Source: a virus. From it: a stretch of 38,019 nt of DNA. The DNA lies in IMG/VR virus record IMGVR_UViG_3300032883_000150, positions 1 to 38,019 of that record; one strand, 5' to 3'. Position numbers and translations under genes: made by a program. This document shows positions 30,388 to 37,604 of the stretch, piece after piece. A model generated the notes under the pieces. It was not told the DNA's origin, made no database searches, and saw only the letters and a list, made by a program, of their open reading frames with translations. Numbering within the stretch: the first letter of the stretch is position 1; each line of letters starts with the position of its first letter.

Positions 30388-30720
30388 TCATCCCTCCGGC
30401 TTGGGTTCTGGCTTAGGATGTATCACCATGAAGAACCACGAATCACGTGATTCGTTTATCTGGCGCTTGAACATCCAACTCCGGTCTTCGAGGGAGACCC
30501 AGTCGTCGCATTCATATCTGTGGATTGCACCGCAATAAAGGCAGGATACCTGAACCGCTGAATCGTCTTCGTCCGTCAGGACAATCGTATCGTTGCTGCC
30601 GCACATCGAACACTGAGCACCCAGAGCACCGAGCCCAATCCTTATCCCCAACAATCCACCATATCGCGCTCGATAACATGGAGTGCTTTCGAACCACGCA
30701 TCTGATTGTTTCGCATCCAT
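30388..30720 (-). CDS. Zinc-ribbon protein (CSMC...CLYC)
   Basis: ORF-track ORF. Confidence 0.6.
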   Translation of the reverse strand: MDAKQSDAWFESTPCYRARYGGLLGIRIGLGALGAQCSMCGSNDTIVLTDEDDSAVQVSCLYCGAIHRYECDDWVSLEDRSWMFKRQINESRDSWFFMVIHPKPEPKPEG

Positions 30721-31068
30721 CTACTTCCCCTCCGTCTTGTCGTCAACATTCTGCGACTTCGCGCAGTCCTTTCTAATGAATTCGTGAAACCAAACACGCT
30801 TATGCGGTTCCCATCCATTGACTGGATGAAGTTCCTTCCAGCATTCGATGAACGCTGCCGGAGAATCGAACCCTTCCTCTTTGAAACGGACCTCTGCCAC
30901 CGTATTGAGATACTGATAGCTGACGTTGGTCAATTCGAACTCGACTCCGGCGATTAGGAACCTATCACCGGGCTTTCCATAATTCTTGTTGCGACTGGTG
31001 CATGTCTTTCTCCCCTCAAGCGCGGCCTTGGCCATGTCATCCCTGAACGGTATGTCGATTTGAACCAT
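30721..31068 (-). CDS. ASCH-domain-like protein
   Basis: MVQIDIPFRDDMAKAALEGRKTCTSRNKNYGKPGDRF fits the ASCH N-terminal pattern. ATG 31068 preceded by GGGAGTGAAAGG. The ORF-track start 31140 would translate a perfect inverted repeat. Confidence 0.5.
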   Translation of the reverse strand: MVQIDIPFRDDMAKAALEGRKTCTSRNKNYGKPGDRFLIAGVEFELTNVSYQYLNTVAEVRFKEEGFDSPAAFIECWKELHPVNGWEPHKRVWFHEFIRKDCAKSQNVDDKTEGK

Positions 31069-31082
31069 CCTTTCACTCCCAG

Positions 31083-31134
31083 TTATTACATTATTACGCG
31101 GTTTTCTGGAACGTGGTATGTAATAATGTAATAA
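31083..31134. repeat. Perfect 15-bp AT-rich inverted repeat with 22-nt spacer
   Basis: TTATTACATTATTAC (31083-31097) and GTAATAATGTAATAA (31120-31134) are exact reverse complements. Confidence 0.9.
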
Positions 31135-31136
31135 TT

Positions 31137-31496
31137 TCATCGTTTCGCACTCTCCTTGTCGTGGTTCTCCTTATTCTGGGACATCGGTTCCTTCCTCCAA
31201 ACATTTACTGGGTCCATAATATCGGGAGGATGAAATGGTCGAGTAAAATGTCTATATCCAGCTTTGCGAACTATTGATTCCATGCGTCCAAGTGGAGTCG
31301 GTATCTCCACCGCCATGCCCTTGGCCAGAATGCCTTGGCAGAACCTCTTGAAATCTCCTTGTCCTGGATGAAGGGATTCGATAAAGGAAATGATGATAGT
31401 GCCATCCTCTTGCCAGAGATAACCCCAGAACTTATCTGAGGTAAATCCAATCTCCTTGGCCCTCTTAGTTCCCAATTCGATTATGCCATCCATCAT
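31137..31496 (-). CDS. Hypothetical protein (weak GNAT-like motif HPGQGDFKRF)
   Basis: ORF-track ORF, 119 aa. Confidence 0.5.
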   Translation of the reverse strand: MMDGIIELGTKRAKEIGFTSDKFWGYLWQEDGTIIISFIESLHPGQGDFKRFCQGILAKGMAVEIPTPLGRMESIVRKAGYRHFTRPFHPPDIMDPVNVWRKEPMSQNKENHDKESAKR

Positions 31497-31499
31497 CTG

Positions 31500-31592
31500 T
31501 CACCTTCTCGCCTGGAACATATGAGGCACTATCTTGCACTCGCCGCCCGCGTTGTTGACGCAGTCGAGGACGTCACATTTGCTCTTGGTCAT
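31500..31592 (-). CDS. Possible 30-aa Cys-containing peptide
   Basis: MTKSKCDVLDCVNNAGGECKIVPHMFQARR fills the gap between two genes. GGGGAGGA lies 8 nt upstream. Confidence 0.25.
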   Translation of the reverse strand: MTKSKCDVLDCVNNAGGECKIVPHMFQARR

Positions 31593-31593
31593 C

Positions 31594-31803
31594 TCATTGG
31601 TCCTCCCCGCGTTCTGCCTTGAGATGCCTCAGTTTGGTGTTGACTGCGTCTCGGGACTTTCCTATGTGCTTCGCAACGGCGTCGAGATTCTTATGGCGGT
31701 ATTTCCAGAGAGTCTCGATCTCCTCGTACGACCACTTACGGGCTCGAATGTCGGGGAGCGATTCGAGTTCTGGGACGATGAGTTCCTTCTCTTTGTATTT
31801 CAT
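31594..31803 (-). CDS. Myb/SANT-like HTH mini-protein
   Basis: KWSYEEIETLWKYRHKNLDAVAKHIGKSRDAVNTKLRHL. ATG 31803 overlaps the upstream stop (ATGA). Confidence 0.5.
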   Translation of the reverse strand: MKYKEKELIVPELESLPDIRARKWSYEEIETLWKYRHKNLDAVAKHIGKSRDAVNTKLRHLKAERGEDQ

Positions 31804-32153
31804 GGACGGTCGCCTGCCCATTCCAGCAGTTTGGAGAGCGTATAGAAGATTGGTATCCCTCGTTCTGTTGCGATCTTGATTTCCATCATTGTGCCCGCGC
31901 TCTTCTCGTAATTCCCGATGACGTAGACAGCGTCAGCGACCTCCAGCCACGCAAGGGAGGTTTCGTAGAACGGGTCCTTACCGCTGGTTTTGCATCCCGA
32001 TAGGATGTAATGATAGTCGAGCCACGGACAGAAGGGCGCAAGACCTAACTCGAACAGATGTGTCGCGCAACATATCCCGTCCCTCATGTTCTGGAGGACA
32101 TCCAGAACGTTATCCGCGCTGAACGGCCCTGCGACGTAGACCCTGGCCCTCAT
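31800..32153 (-). CDS. Nucleoside 2-deoxyribosyltransferase-like (DUF4406-type) protein
   Basis: N-terminal RVYVAGPFS, later VADAVYVIGNYEKSAGTMMEIKIA. Confidence 0.5.
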   Translation of the reverse strand: MRARVYVAGPFSADNVLDVLQNMRDGICCATHLFELGLAPFCPWLDYHYILSGCKTSGKDPFYETSLAWLEVADAVYVIGNYEKSAGTMMEIKIATERGIPIFYTLSKLLEWAGDRP

Positions 32154-32932
32154 CGTCCCACGACCTTTGAACAGGACCCGAAGTGCTTATGCCGTTCCTT
32201 GATGTCCAGTTCGCCTTCGTCGTCTATCTCCACGACCACCCAGCCGATGTCGGGTGCGGTGATTATGTCGTGCTTGACGGCGAAGGGTGTCCTCGCCTGC
32301 CATCCGGGGGTGATTATGCCCCACTGATGACCGAGGCCGACGCACACCCAGTAATGGGCGTGAGAACGCACCACGAGGTCTATCTTGCCGTACTCCTCGC
32401 GCGCCTGGTTGACGGCCATCAGGAGCATGTCCCTGGCGATCGGCGTCGATCTGTATTGCCACGACGATTTGCTCACCGGCACATTGTGCGCGACGTGGAA
32501 CCGGGAAAGCCCCTCGTTATCGATTATCAGGTCGTCGCCGTACTCGCCATGAAGCAACTCGGCGACGTACTGTTCGAGCGGCCTGTCCTCCATGCAATGA
32601 TACTCCGAGCCTTGGGTGCAGTAGACGTGTTTGGCCTTGATGCGCGAGAGGAGATCCGCTGCCGCCCTCGCTTGCACCGACAGGTCGTTGGTCCATACGT
32701 TCTTGCCCATGCTCTTGCGTTGTGGACCGTCGCAGATGTCCCCGTTCACGATGAGATTGTCGACCGGACCCACCTCTTTCGTCATCTTCATGAAGTAGGC
32801 CAACATGTCCTTTTGAGTGGAGTTCGGCCTTACCGTGGTGCATTCTCCGGTCCTGCTTTCGATGATGACCTTCTCGGGCATCAGTCCTTCATAACCTCCG
32901 ACGTGAAGGTCGCTCACTATCAGGTTTCTCAT
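32150..32932 (-). CDS. Calcineurin-like metallophosphoesterase
   Basis: LIVSDLHVG, NGDICDG, GSEYH, VRSHAH. ATG 32932 overlaps the upstream stop (ATGA). Confidence 0.7.
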   Translation of the reverse strand: MRNLIVSDLHVGGYEGLMPEKVIIESRTGECTTVRPNSTQKDMLAYFMKMTKEVGPVDNLIVNGDICDGPQRKSMGKNVWTNDLSVQARAAADLLSRIKAKHVYCTQGSEYHCMEDRPLEQYVAELLHGEYGDDLIIDNEGLSRFHVAHNVPVSKSSWQYRSTPIARDMLLMAVNQAREEYGKIDLVVRSHAHYWVCVGLGHQWGIITPGWQARTPFAVKHDIITAPDIGWVVVEIDDEGELDIKERHKHFGSCSKVVGR

Positions 32933-33306
32933 ATCTCTCCTCCAACTTCGCTTAGGCATTCATTCTCGACCCATGCAGCATGTCGTTCGATAATGCTCCG
33001 TTCCATCCAATCCATCCCCAGTTTCTTCAGGTTCGCCGCGTAGACCTTGCTTTCGACCTTGATCTCCCGCTTGGTGAGTCCCAGGGTCTGCGCCCAGTGG
33101 GTCAACTCGTGTATGAGGGCGGGGACTATCTCCCCCTCGGTGCAGTGGGGCGTGAGGGCCAGGGTATTCTTGCGAGAGAAATAGAGCGCGATCCACTCAT
33201 TCGACCCGTCGTGGCATTCCTTCGGCGAGGCGAACCTTATCATCGGATGCGGCCTCCACTTCGGCTTTCTGCGCAGTCGGGCGAACAACTGAAGAAGGGC
33301 ATGCAC
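32929..33306 (-). CDS. HExxH zinc-metallopeptidase-like (SprT-like) protein
   Basis: ALIHELTHWAQ is the only diagnostic motif. GTG start with GGGGGGAC upstream. Confidence 0.45.
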   Translation of the reverse strand: MHALLQLFARLRRKPKWRPHPMIRFASPKECHDGSNEWIALYFSRKNTLALTPHCTEGEIVPALIHELTHWAQTLGLTKREIKVESKVYAANLKKLGMDWMERSIIERHAAWVENECLSEVGGEI

Positions 33307-33308
33307 GC

Positions 33309-33575
33309 TCAGTCCCCCCGCCTCATTCGGTATATCGGCAGTCTGTTGCCTCCGCCCCTGTCCCCCACTCTACCGACCGTCCGAAAGCCGATGCGCTCGT
33401 AGTGCGGGTCGCGGGCCAGGATGCTGCCGACGGTTCCAGACGATTCGACCATCCAGCACTTGAAATGCCTGCGCATGGCGAAGGCCAGTTCGGCCGAGGT
33501 GAAATCCTCCGTCATCGAACGCGCCGTCTGCAATATCCGTTTCCTCAGGGATTCGGGGTATCTCACGGTAACCAC
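33309..33575 (-). CDS. Hypothetical protein, possible winged helix
   Basis: ORF-track ORF, GTG start. Confidence 0.5.
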   Translation of the reverse strand: MVTVRYPESLRKRILQTARSMTEDFTSAELAFAMRRHFKCWMVESSGTVGSILARDPHYERIGFRTVGRVGDRGGGNRLPIYRMRRGD

Positions 33576-33673
33576 CCCGCAGCAACGAGCGCCATCAAAC
33601 TCATGCAGACGAAGGCCACCGCGATGAAGAACGCGAGGGCGATGGCGGCGGTACGTTCTGAGACGTCGGTCAT
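33563..33673 (-). CDS. 36-aa single-TM peptide
   Basis: MTDVSERTAAIALAFFIAVAFVCMSLMALVAAGWLP. GGAGGGTG + 5 nt precedes the ATG. ATGA overlap with the upstream stop. Confidence 0.45.
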   Translation of the reverse strand: MTDVSERTAAIALAFFIAVAFVCMSLMALVAAGWLP

Positions 33674-33822
33674 CGCTGCACCCTCCTCTTCTTGCCGTGT
33701 TCCTGAGGCAGGACTTTGCCGCAATTCTTGCACTCGAAACCGATGACCTTACCGGCGCTGATGCTCACGCGGAAGACCGTGCCGCCGCATATCGGGCAGG
33801 GATGGAGGTGAAGTTCGGTCAT
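33670..33822 (-). CDS. Zinc-ribbon mini-protein (50 aa; CPIC...CKNC)
   Basis: MTELHLHPCPICGGTVFRVSISAGKVIGFECKNCGKVLPQEHGKKRRVQR. ATGA overlaps at both ends. Confidence 0.55.
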   Translation of the reverse strand: MTELHLHPCPICGGTVFRVSISAGKVIGFECKNCGKVLPQEHGKKRRVQR

Positions 33823-34256
33823 GCGTACCCCCGCTTGTCATCCGGTGTTGGCGGCATCATGTTCCTGATACCCTCGCCCGCCCGGATGCACTCCTGCCAG
33901 GATTCGAGCGTCTTCAGCGTGTTGTTCCAGAGGAGGATGTGATAAAGCAGGGCATAGAAGAACTCGATACCGGCGTGCATATCGGCGGAGCTTTCTTCGG
34001 TGAACCTGTCGAGCCTTCGTATCTCTTTGAGTGTGCCGTCCCGCAGCATGTTCCATTCCTTCGAGTCGTGTATGACCCCGATCCAGACGGCGCTCACGGC
34101 GGAGATCTGCTCGAACTGTGGGATGAGGACGTATTGCAGTTGGTCCAGGTCGTGCATTATCTGTGCGTCGGTGATGTCCTTCAGTCCGTGGAGTCCCGTT
34201 GGTAGACTGACCGGAACGGGCATGGGTTTCTTCTTGCGTCTCCATGCGAAGGTCAT
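33819..34256 (-). CDS. Hypothetical protein (145 aa)
   Basis: ORF 33819..34292 trimmed to ATG 34256 (ATGA overlap). Confidence 0.6.
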   Translation of the reverse strand: MTFAWRRKKKPMPVPVSLPTGLHGLKDITDAQIMHDLDQLQYVLIPQFEQISAVSAVWIGVIHDSKEWNMLRDGTLKEIRRLDRFTEESSADMHAGIEFFYALLYHILLWNNTLKTLESWQECIRAGEGIRNMMPPTPDDKRGYA

Positions 34257-34621
34257 GGCTCGCCCACCTCCGGCAATAGTTTGCGCGCGCACTCGTCATG
34301 GACCGCGCCCCTGCGCTTCCTCAACGTCAGCCTCTGTCTGTTGTGCGCCATGCCGGTGAACCTCCAGACGAGATGACGGACGGCGACCCCCTCCCCGCAC
34401 AGGGCGCACGCCCTACATTCGGGCCAGTGGTTCAATGATGACCGCCCGATGTTCTCCGGCCCGACATTGACGTGTTCCAATCGCACGCCGTCCAAATGCA
34501 GCCTCATCCTGAGGAAGGGGGTCAGCGCTTCTCGGACCCTGTCGCACCGTTGACGGTGGAGCGCGTTGTGCCGGTCCTTGCGTTCCTTCTTCTTCTGGCG
34601 CTCGGTCGCGGTCGGGGACAT
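34253..34621 (-). CDS. Basic Cys/His-rich protein (122 aa), putative zinc/DNA binding
   Basis: MSPTATERQKKKERKDRH...HWPECRACALCGEG...VHDEC. ATG 34621 shares one base with the upstream TGA. Confidence 0.5.
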   Translation of the reverse strand: MSPTATERQKKKERKDRHNALHRQRCDRVREALTPFLRMRLHLDGVRLEHVNVGPENIGRSSLNHWPECRACALCGEGVAVRHLVWRFTGMAHNRQRLTLRKRRGAVHDECARKLLPEVGEP

Positions 34622-34755
34622 CACTTCGTCCCCCTCAGTCCCTTGCAATGTTCGCACGGCTCTTGCGGCGGGGACTTGCAGACGGCGCACACGGAGCAAA
34701 GCGGACCGCCTTTGAACCCGAGATTCTGGATCGGGCACTTTCCGCAATCGGTCAT
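34621..34755 (-). CDS. Cys-rich mini-protein (44 aa, 8 Cys)
   Basis: MTDCGKCPIQNLGFKGGPLCSVCAVCKSPPQEPCEHCKGLRGTK. ATGA overlap upstream. Confidence 0.45.
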   Translation of the reverse strand: MTDCGKCPIQNLGFKGGPLCSVCAVCKSPPQEPCEHCKGLRGTK

Positions 34756-34985
34756 GTGCGCGCCCCCTTGGACGGCCTGCCGATGCGTTCCTGCTTCGTC
34801 CGCTGATGCTTCGAATCATGCATCATCTCGGCGGCGGAGCGGAACGACTTGGCGGTATGGCGCTTGCAGGGAATGCAGTTGACGCAGACCCCGGGCGGCG
34901 AATGGCACTTGATGCACCGTTCATACGTCGAGACGCACTGGTCCTCGCGCTGGCAGGTATCACAGCAATCCAGTCTCTCAGGCAT
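34752..34985 (-). CDS. Cys-rich mini-protein (77 aa, 10 Cys)
   Basis: MPERLDCCDTCQREDQCVSTYERCIKCHSPPGVCVNCIPCKRH... A G-run precedes ATG 34985. Confidence 0.5.
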   Translation of the reverse strand: MPERLDCCDTCQREDQCVSTYERCIKCHSPPGVCVNCIPCKRHTAKSFRSAAEMMHDSKHQRTKQERIGRPSKGART

Positions 34986-35262
34986 GGCCGCCGCCCCCCC
35001 GCGGGTCCCTGACCCATGCCTTGTAGGCATCGTCCAGCAGGTCGGTCAGCTCGAAGAACGCGACGAAGGGGTCGACCTCGTGCCGCATTATCCTGAGTTC
35101 GAGGTCGAGCGAGATCGAGCGGAGGGGGACGAGAATGATCTCCGCGGCTTCTCTGACCGCCGCCAATGCCGTCTCGACGCTCAGGTCGACGTTGCCGACC
35201 GTGACGGTGTATTCGGCTTTCCCGCCCTCGATTTCCGTATGTGACTGTTGTTCTTTTTCCAT
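34978..35262 (-). CDS. Hypothetical acidic protein (94 aa)
   Basis: ORF-track ORF. AGAAGG precedes the ATG. Confidence 0.6.
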   Translation of the reverse strand: MEKEQQSHTEIEGGKAEYTVTVGNVDLSVETALAAVREAAEIILVPLRSISLDLELRIMRHEVDPFVAFFELTDLLDDAYKAWVRDPRGGGGHA

Positions 35263-35299
35263 TAGTAAGCCTTCTGGATTATGAAAAGGGGAAATGGTT

Positions 35300-35752
35300 T
35301 CATCGGACCGCCCTCGTCTTCTGCTCGTCGATCCAGGCGACGGCTTCCTCCACGCTCTTGAAGCCGCAATCCTTCATCACGTCGAGACGGGAATCGATCC
35401 AATGCTCTAGCTTGACCTGCTTGCCCTGCTTGCCCTGCGCGAACTCCAGGAGTCTGACGCGCGCCTCCAATTGCTTCGTCTTCGCATCGCGATTCGACTG
35501 GCGCAGAGATTCGAGATATGAAAGTTCTGCTTCATCTTCGAGGAGCCTGGCCTTGTCGCGGAAGATCTGCTCGGTCAGGGCGCGGATCTGAGCATTGATG
35601 ATTCCCGCATCGTCGAGCTGGACCTCCCGGATGATGAGCTCACGAACGTAGGCCGCATCGTTCGGGATCTCCGACAACCGCTTGGCCACGGACTCGGGCA
35701 GGCGGATGCAATAAGGGACGGTCGGCTCACCATACTTGCTCTTGCCCGTCAG
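35300..35752 (-). CDS. Ribbon-helix-helix + coiled-coil protein; start codon unresolved
   Basis: The in-frame sequence ...TVPYCIRLPESVAKRLSEIPNDAAYVRELIIREV is a canonical RHH. The first ATG/GTG/TTG in frame is GTG 35689, downstream of the beta-strand. CTG 35752 or ATT 35758 are the only upstream options. Confidence 0.5.
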   Translation of the reverse strand: MTGKSKYGEPTVPYCIRLPESVAKRLSEIPNDAAYVRELIIREVQLDDAGIINAQIRALTEQIFRDKARLLEDEAELSYLESLRQSNRDAKTKQLEARVRLLEFAQGKQGKQVKLEHWIDSRLDVMKDCGFKSVEEAVAWIDEQKTRAVR

Positions 35753-35773
35753 GGGAATCCGCCCCCTGCAAAG

Positions 35774-35814
35774 TGTAAACAGTTTACAGTACAGTAAACA
35801 GTAAACAGTTTCAC
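35774..35814. repeat. Cluster of GTAAAC/GTTTAC heptamer-like repeats (palindrome + direct repeats)
   Basis: TGTAAAC-A-GTTTACA palindrome 35774-35788. Tandem AGTAAAC at 35793-35799 and 35800-35806. Variant GTTTCAC at 35808-35814. Confidence 0.8.
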
Positions 35815-35981
35815 TTCTACTCTCTCTCTCCCGTGCAGTGGAAATGATGGTCTAAAATCCTTCCTGTGGAACTGCTGGACAGGCCCTTCCACTGGAGATT
35901 TCGAAGGCTTGAGCTTCCGCTCGTAGTGCGATCTCTTTGCCCGTTCCGCTAGGTCATCGAGAGAATCTTCCTGCTCTTGGA

Positions 35982-36908
35982 TCAGGGGCGCGCAGGGTAT
36001 GTCCCCGACGGCTCGTCCAGGTAGAGGTCCGTGCTCAAATACCTTTCGTCTGCCTCTTCTGACTGGCCCAGCTCCGAGGGACATAGCTTCCGCATCGCCC
36101 CCCGCATGTCGTCCGCGTCCAGGCCGATGTACGCCCGGAAGGTGATGCCGCTGTCCTCGTGCCTGAGGATCTTCGCGATCGTCTCTACGTCCACGCCCTT
36201 CCGCCATAGGCGGTTGCCGAGCGTCCTCCTCAGGTCGTGCGGAGTGAAGCGAACGCCCGAGGACTCGGATACCTCCCTCAACCGCCGCCACATCTGCAAC
36301 TTGCGGTAGGGGAAGAGCGTCGCCCCCTCCTGGTCCATCGCCTCTAGATGCTGCTTCAGGGACGGTATCGTCATGGCGTTCAGTGCGAGCGGCCTGATCT
36401 TGCCGCCCCCCCGCCCCTTGCTCAGGATCATGGAGAGGTGGCAGGAGAGCAACTCCCTTCCATTCTGCACCGTCATCCTCTCCATGTCTATCAAGCGGCA
36501 GCCGTTGTCCACCGCGAGCGAATAGAGCAGCTCGTGGTCGTTCGACATCATCTTGGCGTTCGAGCGGACCTTCTGCACTGCCTCTTCGGAGAGGAAGATG
36601 CCGTCCACCTTCGGGTGCTGCTTCGCGGAGATGACCCACCGAAGTGCATCCCTGTTGCCCGACCATCTCAGGAAGGTCCGTATCGTCGAGCAGTAGATCG
36701 CCCTGGTGTTGGTCGACCTCTGCATGACCGACTCCATGCGGTGCATCTCCGATAGGATCAGGCGTGACGGGCTCGGCCCTCCTAGAAGTTCCCCGCCGAG
36801 TTCCAGTGCCTGCACGTACTGCGTCCTCGTCGATGCGCTGAGGTGCGTCCTTTCGCTCAAATATTCCCTCATCTGCCTGGTCCAAGCGTCCCTTCGCTTG
36901 TATGGCAT
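35982..36908 (-). CDS. int: Tyrosine recombinase / integrase (XerC/D-like)
   Basis: N-terminal core-binding-like LSASTRTQYVQAL, catalytic-region motifs GRGGGKIRPLAL, HDLRRT, LRHED...FRAY. Confidence 0.9.
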   Translation of the reverse strand: MPYKRRDAWTRQMREYLSERTHLSASTRTQYVQALELGGELLGGPSPSRLILSEMHRMESVMQRSTNTRAIYCSTIRTFLRWSGNRDALRWVISAKQHPKVDGIFLSEEAVQKVRSNAKMMSNDHELLYSLAVDNGCRLIDMERMTVQNGRELLSCHLSMILSKGRGGGKIRPLALNAMTIPSLKQHLEAMDQEGATLFPYRKLQMWRRLREVSESSGVRFTPHDLRRTLGNRLWRKGVDVETIAKILRHEDSGITFRAYIGLDADDMRGAMRKLCPSELGQSEEADERYLSTDLYLDEPSGTYPARP

Positions 36909-36930
36909 TGGACATCACAATCCCTTCTGG

Positions 36931-36946
36931 ATATTTAATATTGAAT
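36931..36946 (-). promoter_or_regulatory. TATA-like AT-rich box upstream of the integrase
   Basis: ATTCAATATTAAATAT (minus), centred about 30 nt upstream of ATG 36908. Confidence 0.4.
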
Positions 36947-37214
36947 GATGACTGGTCTCGTGGCGAAGGGAAGTTATATTGGGGCACTTCTTCCTCCCTG
37001 TTCTTCGGTCTGGGTTCCATACTCCGGCTAGCTGAGGTCTGGTTAGTCCCGGCGATACACCTTGTTTTTTGTCTCGTTGCCCCCACACCGGCACAAGGTC
37101 CGCTATCGCATCTGGGCCCTTCTATTTCGGGAGACACCTCGAACGGGTATAGCCCATGAACCGTCGCAATCACGCCAGTCATCATTCTCACTTCTTCCAT
37201 GCATCCCATCATTT

Positions 37215-37604
37215 CTAAGATTCTATCTTCTTCGTGAATCTCTCGACCCAGATGTCAAACTCTCCGTCGGGCAGAGGATATTCGTCCCCATCCGCCCGTA
37301 GCCGTCTCTGCACGAGCGCCTTCACTTGTCCGAGTCCTTTTGCCTCTTCCAATTTGTTCTCGCGCACCTTGACTGACCAAGAGCCGCACGTGAACTCGAG
37401 GACGGTAAACTCCTCGGAATCCACATCGATGGGGTAGTCGACCTCCTTGCCTTCTAGGTCCTGCTGGGTCATCTTCTCCCGGACCGCTTTCGTCACCATC
37501 TCGGGAAGCTTCTTGAACTCGTCCATCGGGATTGGCTTGCTCTCGACACGGTTACCCTCGGCATCGGTATGGCCTATGGTCACGGTTGTTTCCTTATCTT
37601 TCAA
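37215..37604 (-). CDS. Hypothetical protein (129 aa)
   Basis: TTG 37604 overlaps the TGA of the upstream mini-gene (TTGA) and follows GGGGGTGAGG. The ORF-track start 37787 would overlap two other genes. Confidence 0.55.
   Translation of the reverse strand: MKDKETTVTIGHTDAEGNRVESKPIPMDEFKKLPEMVTKAVREKMTQQDLEGKEVDYPIDVDSEEFTVLEFTCGSWSVKVRENKLEEAKGLGQVKALVQRRLRADGDEYPLPDGEFDIWVERFTKKIES

Noticed and set aside
37000-37075. tRNA gene or tRNA fragment upstream of the integrase
   Set aside because: No T-loop (GTTCRANYC) or acceptor pairing could be built on either strand. Kept only as an attP hypothesis.
35749-37212. 487-codon minus-strand ORF spanning the integrase and both flanking gaps
   Set aside because: It starts with ATGATG 2 nt after the upstream stop, and its TGA overlaps CTG 35752. 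However, the part overlapping int is typical off-frame junk (Arg/Gly/Asp/Pro-rich), while the int frame has all recombinase motifs. A stop lies two codons upstream of the int ATG, so no frameshift fusion is plausible. The openness of the flanks (37212-36909, 35981-35749) remains a curiosity worth a coding-potential test.
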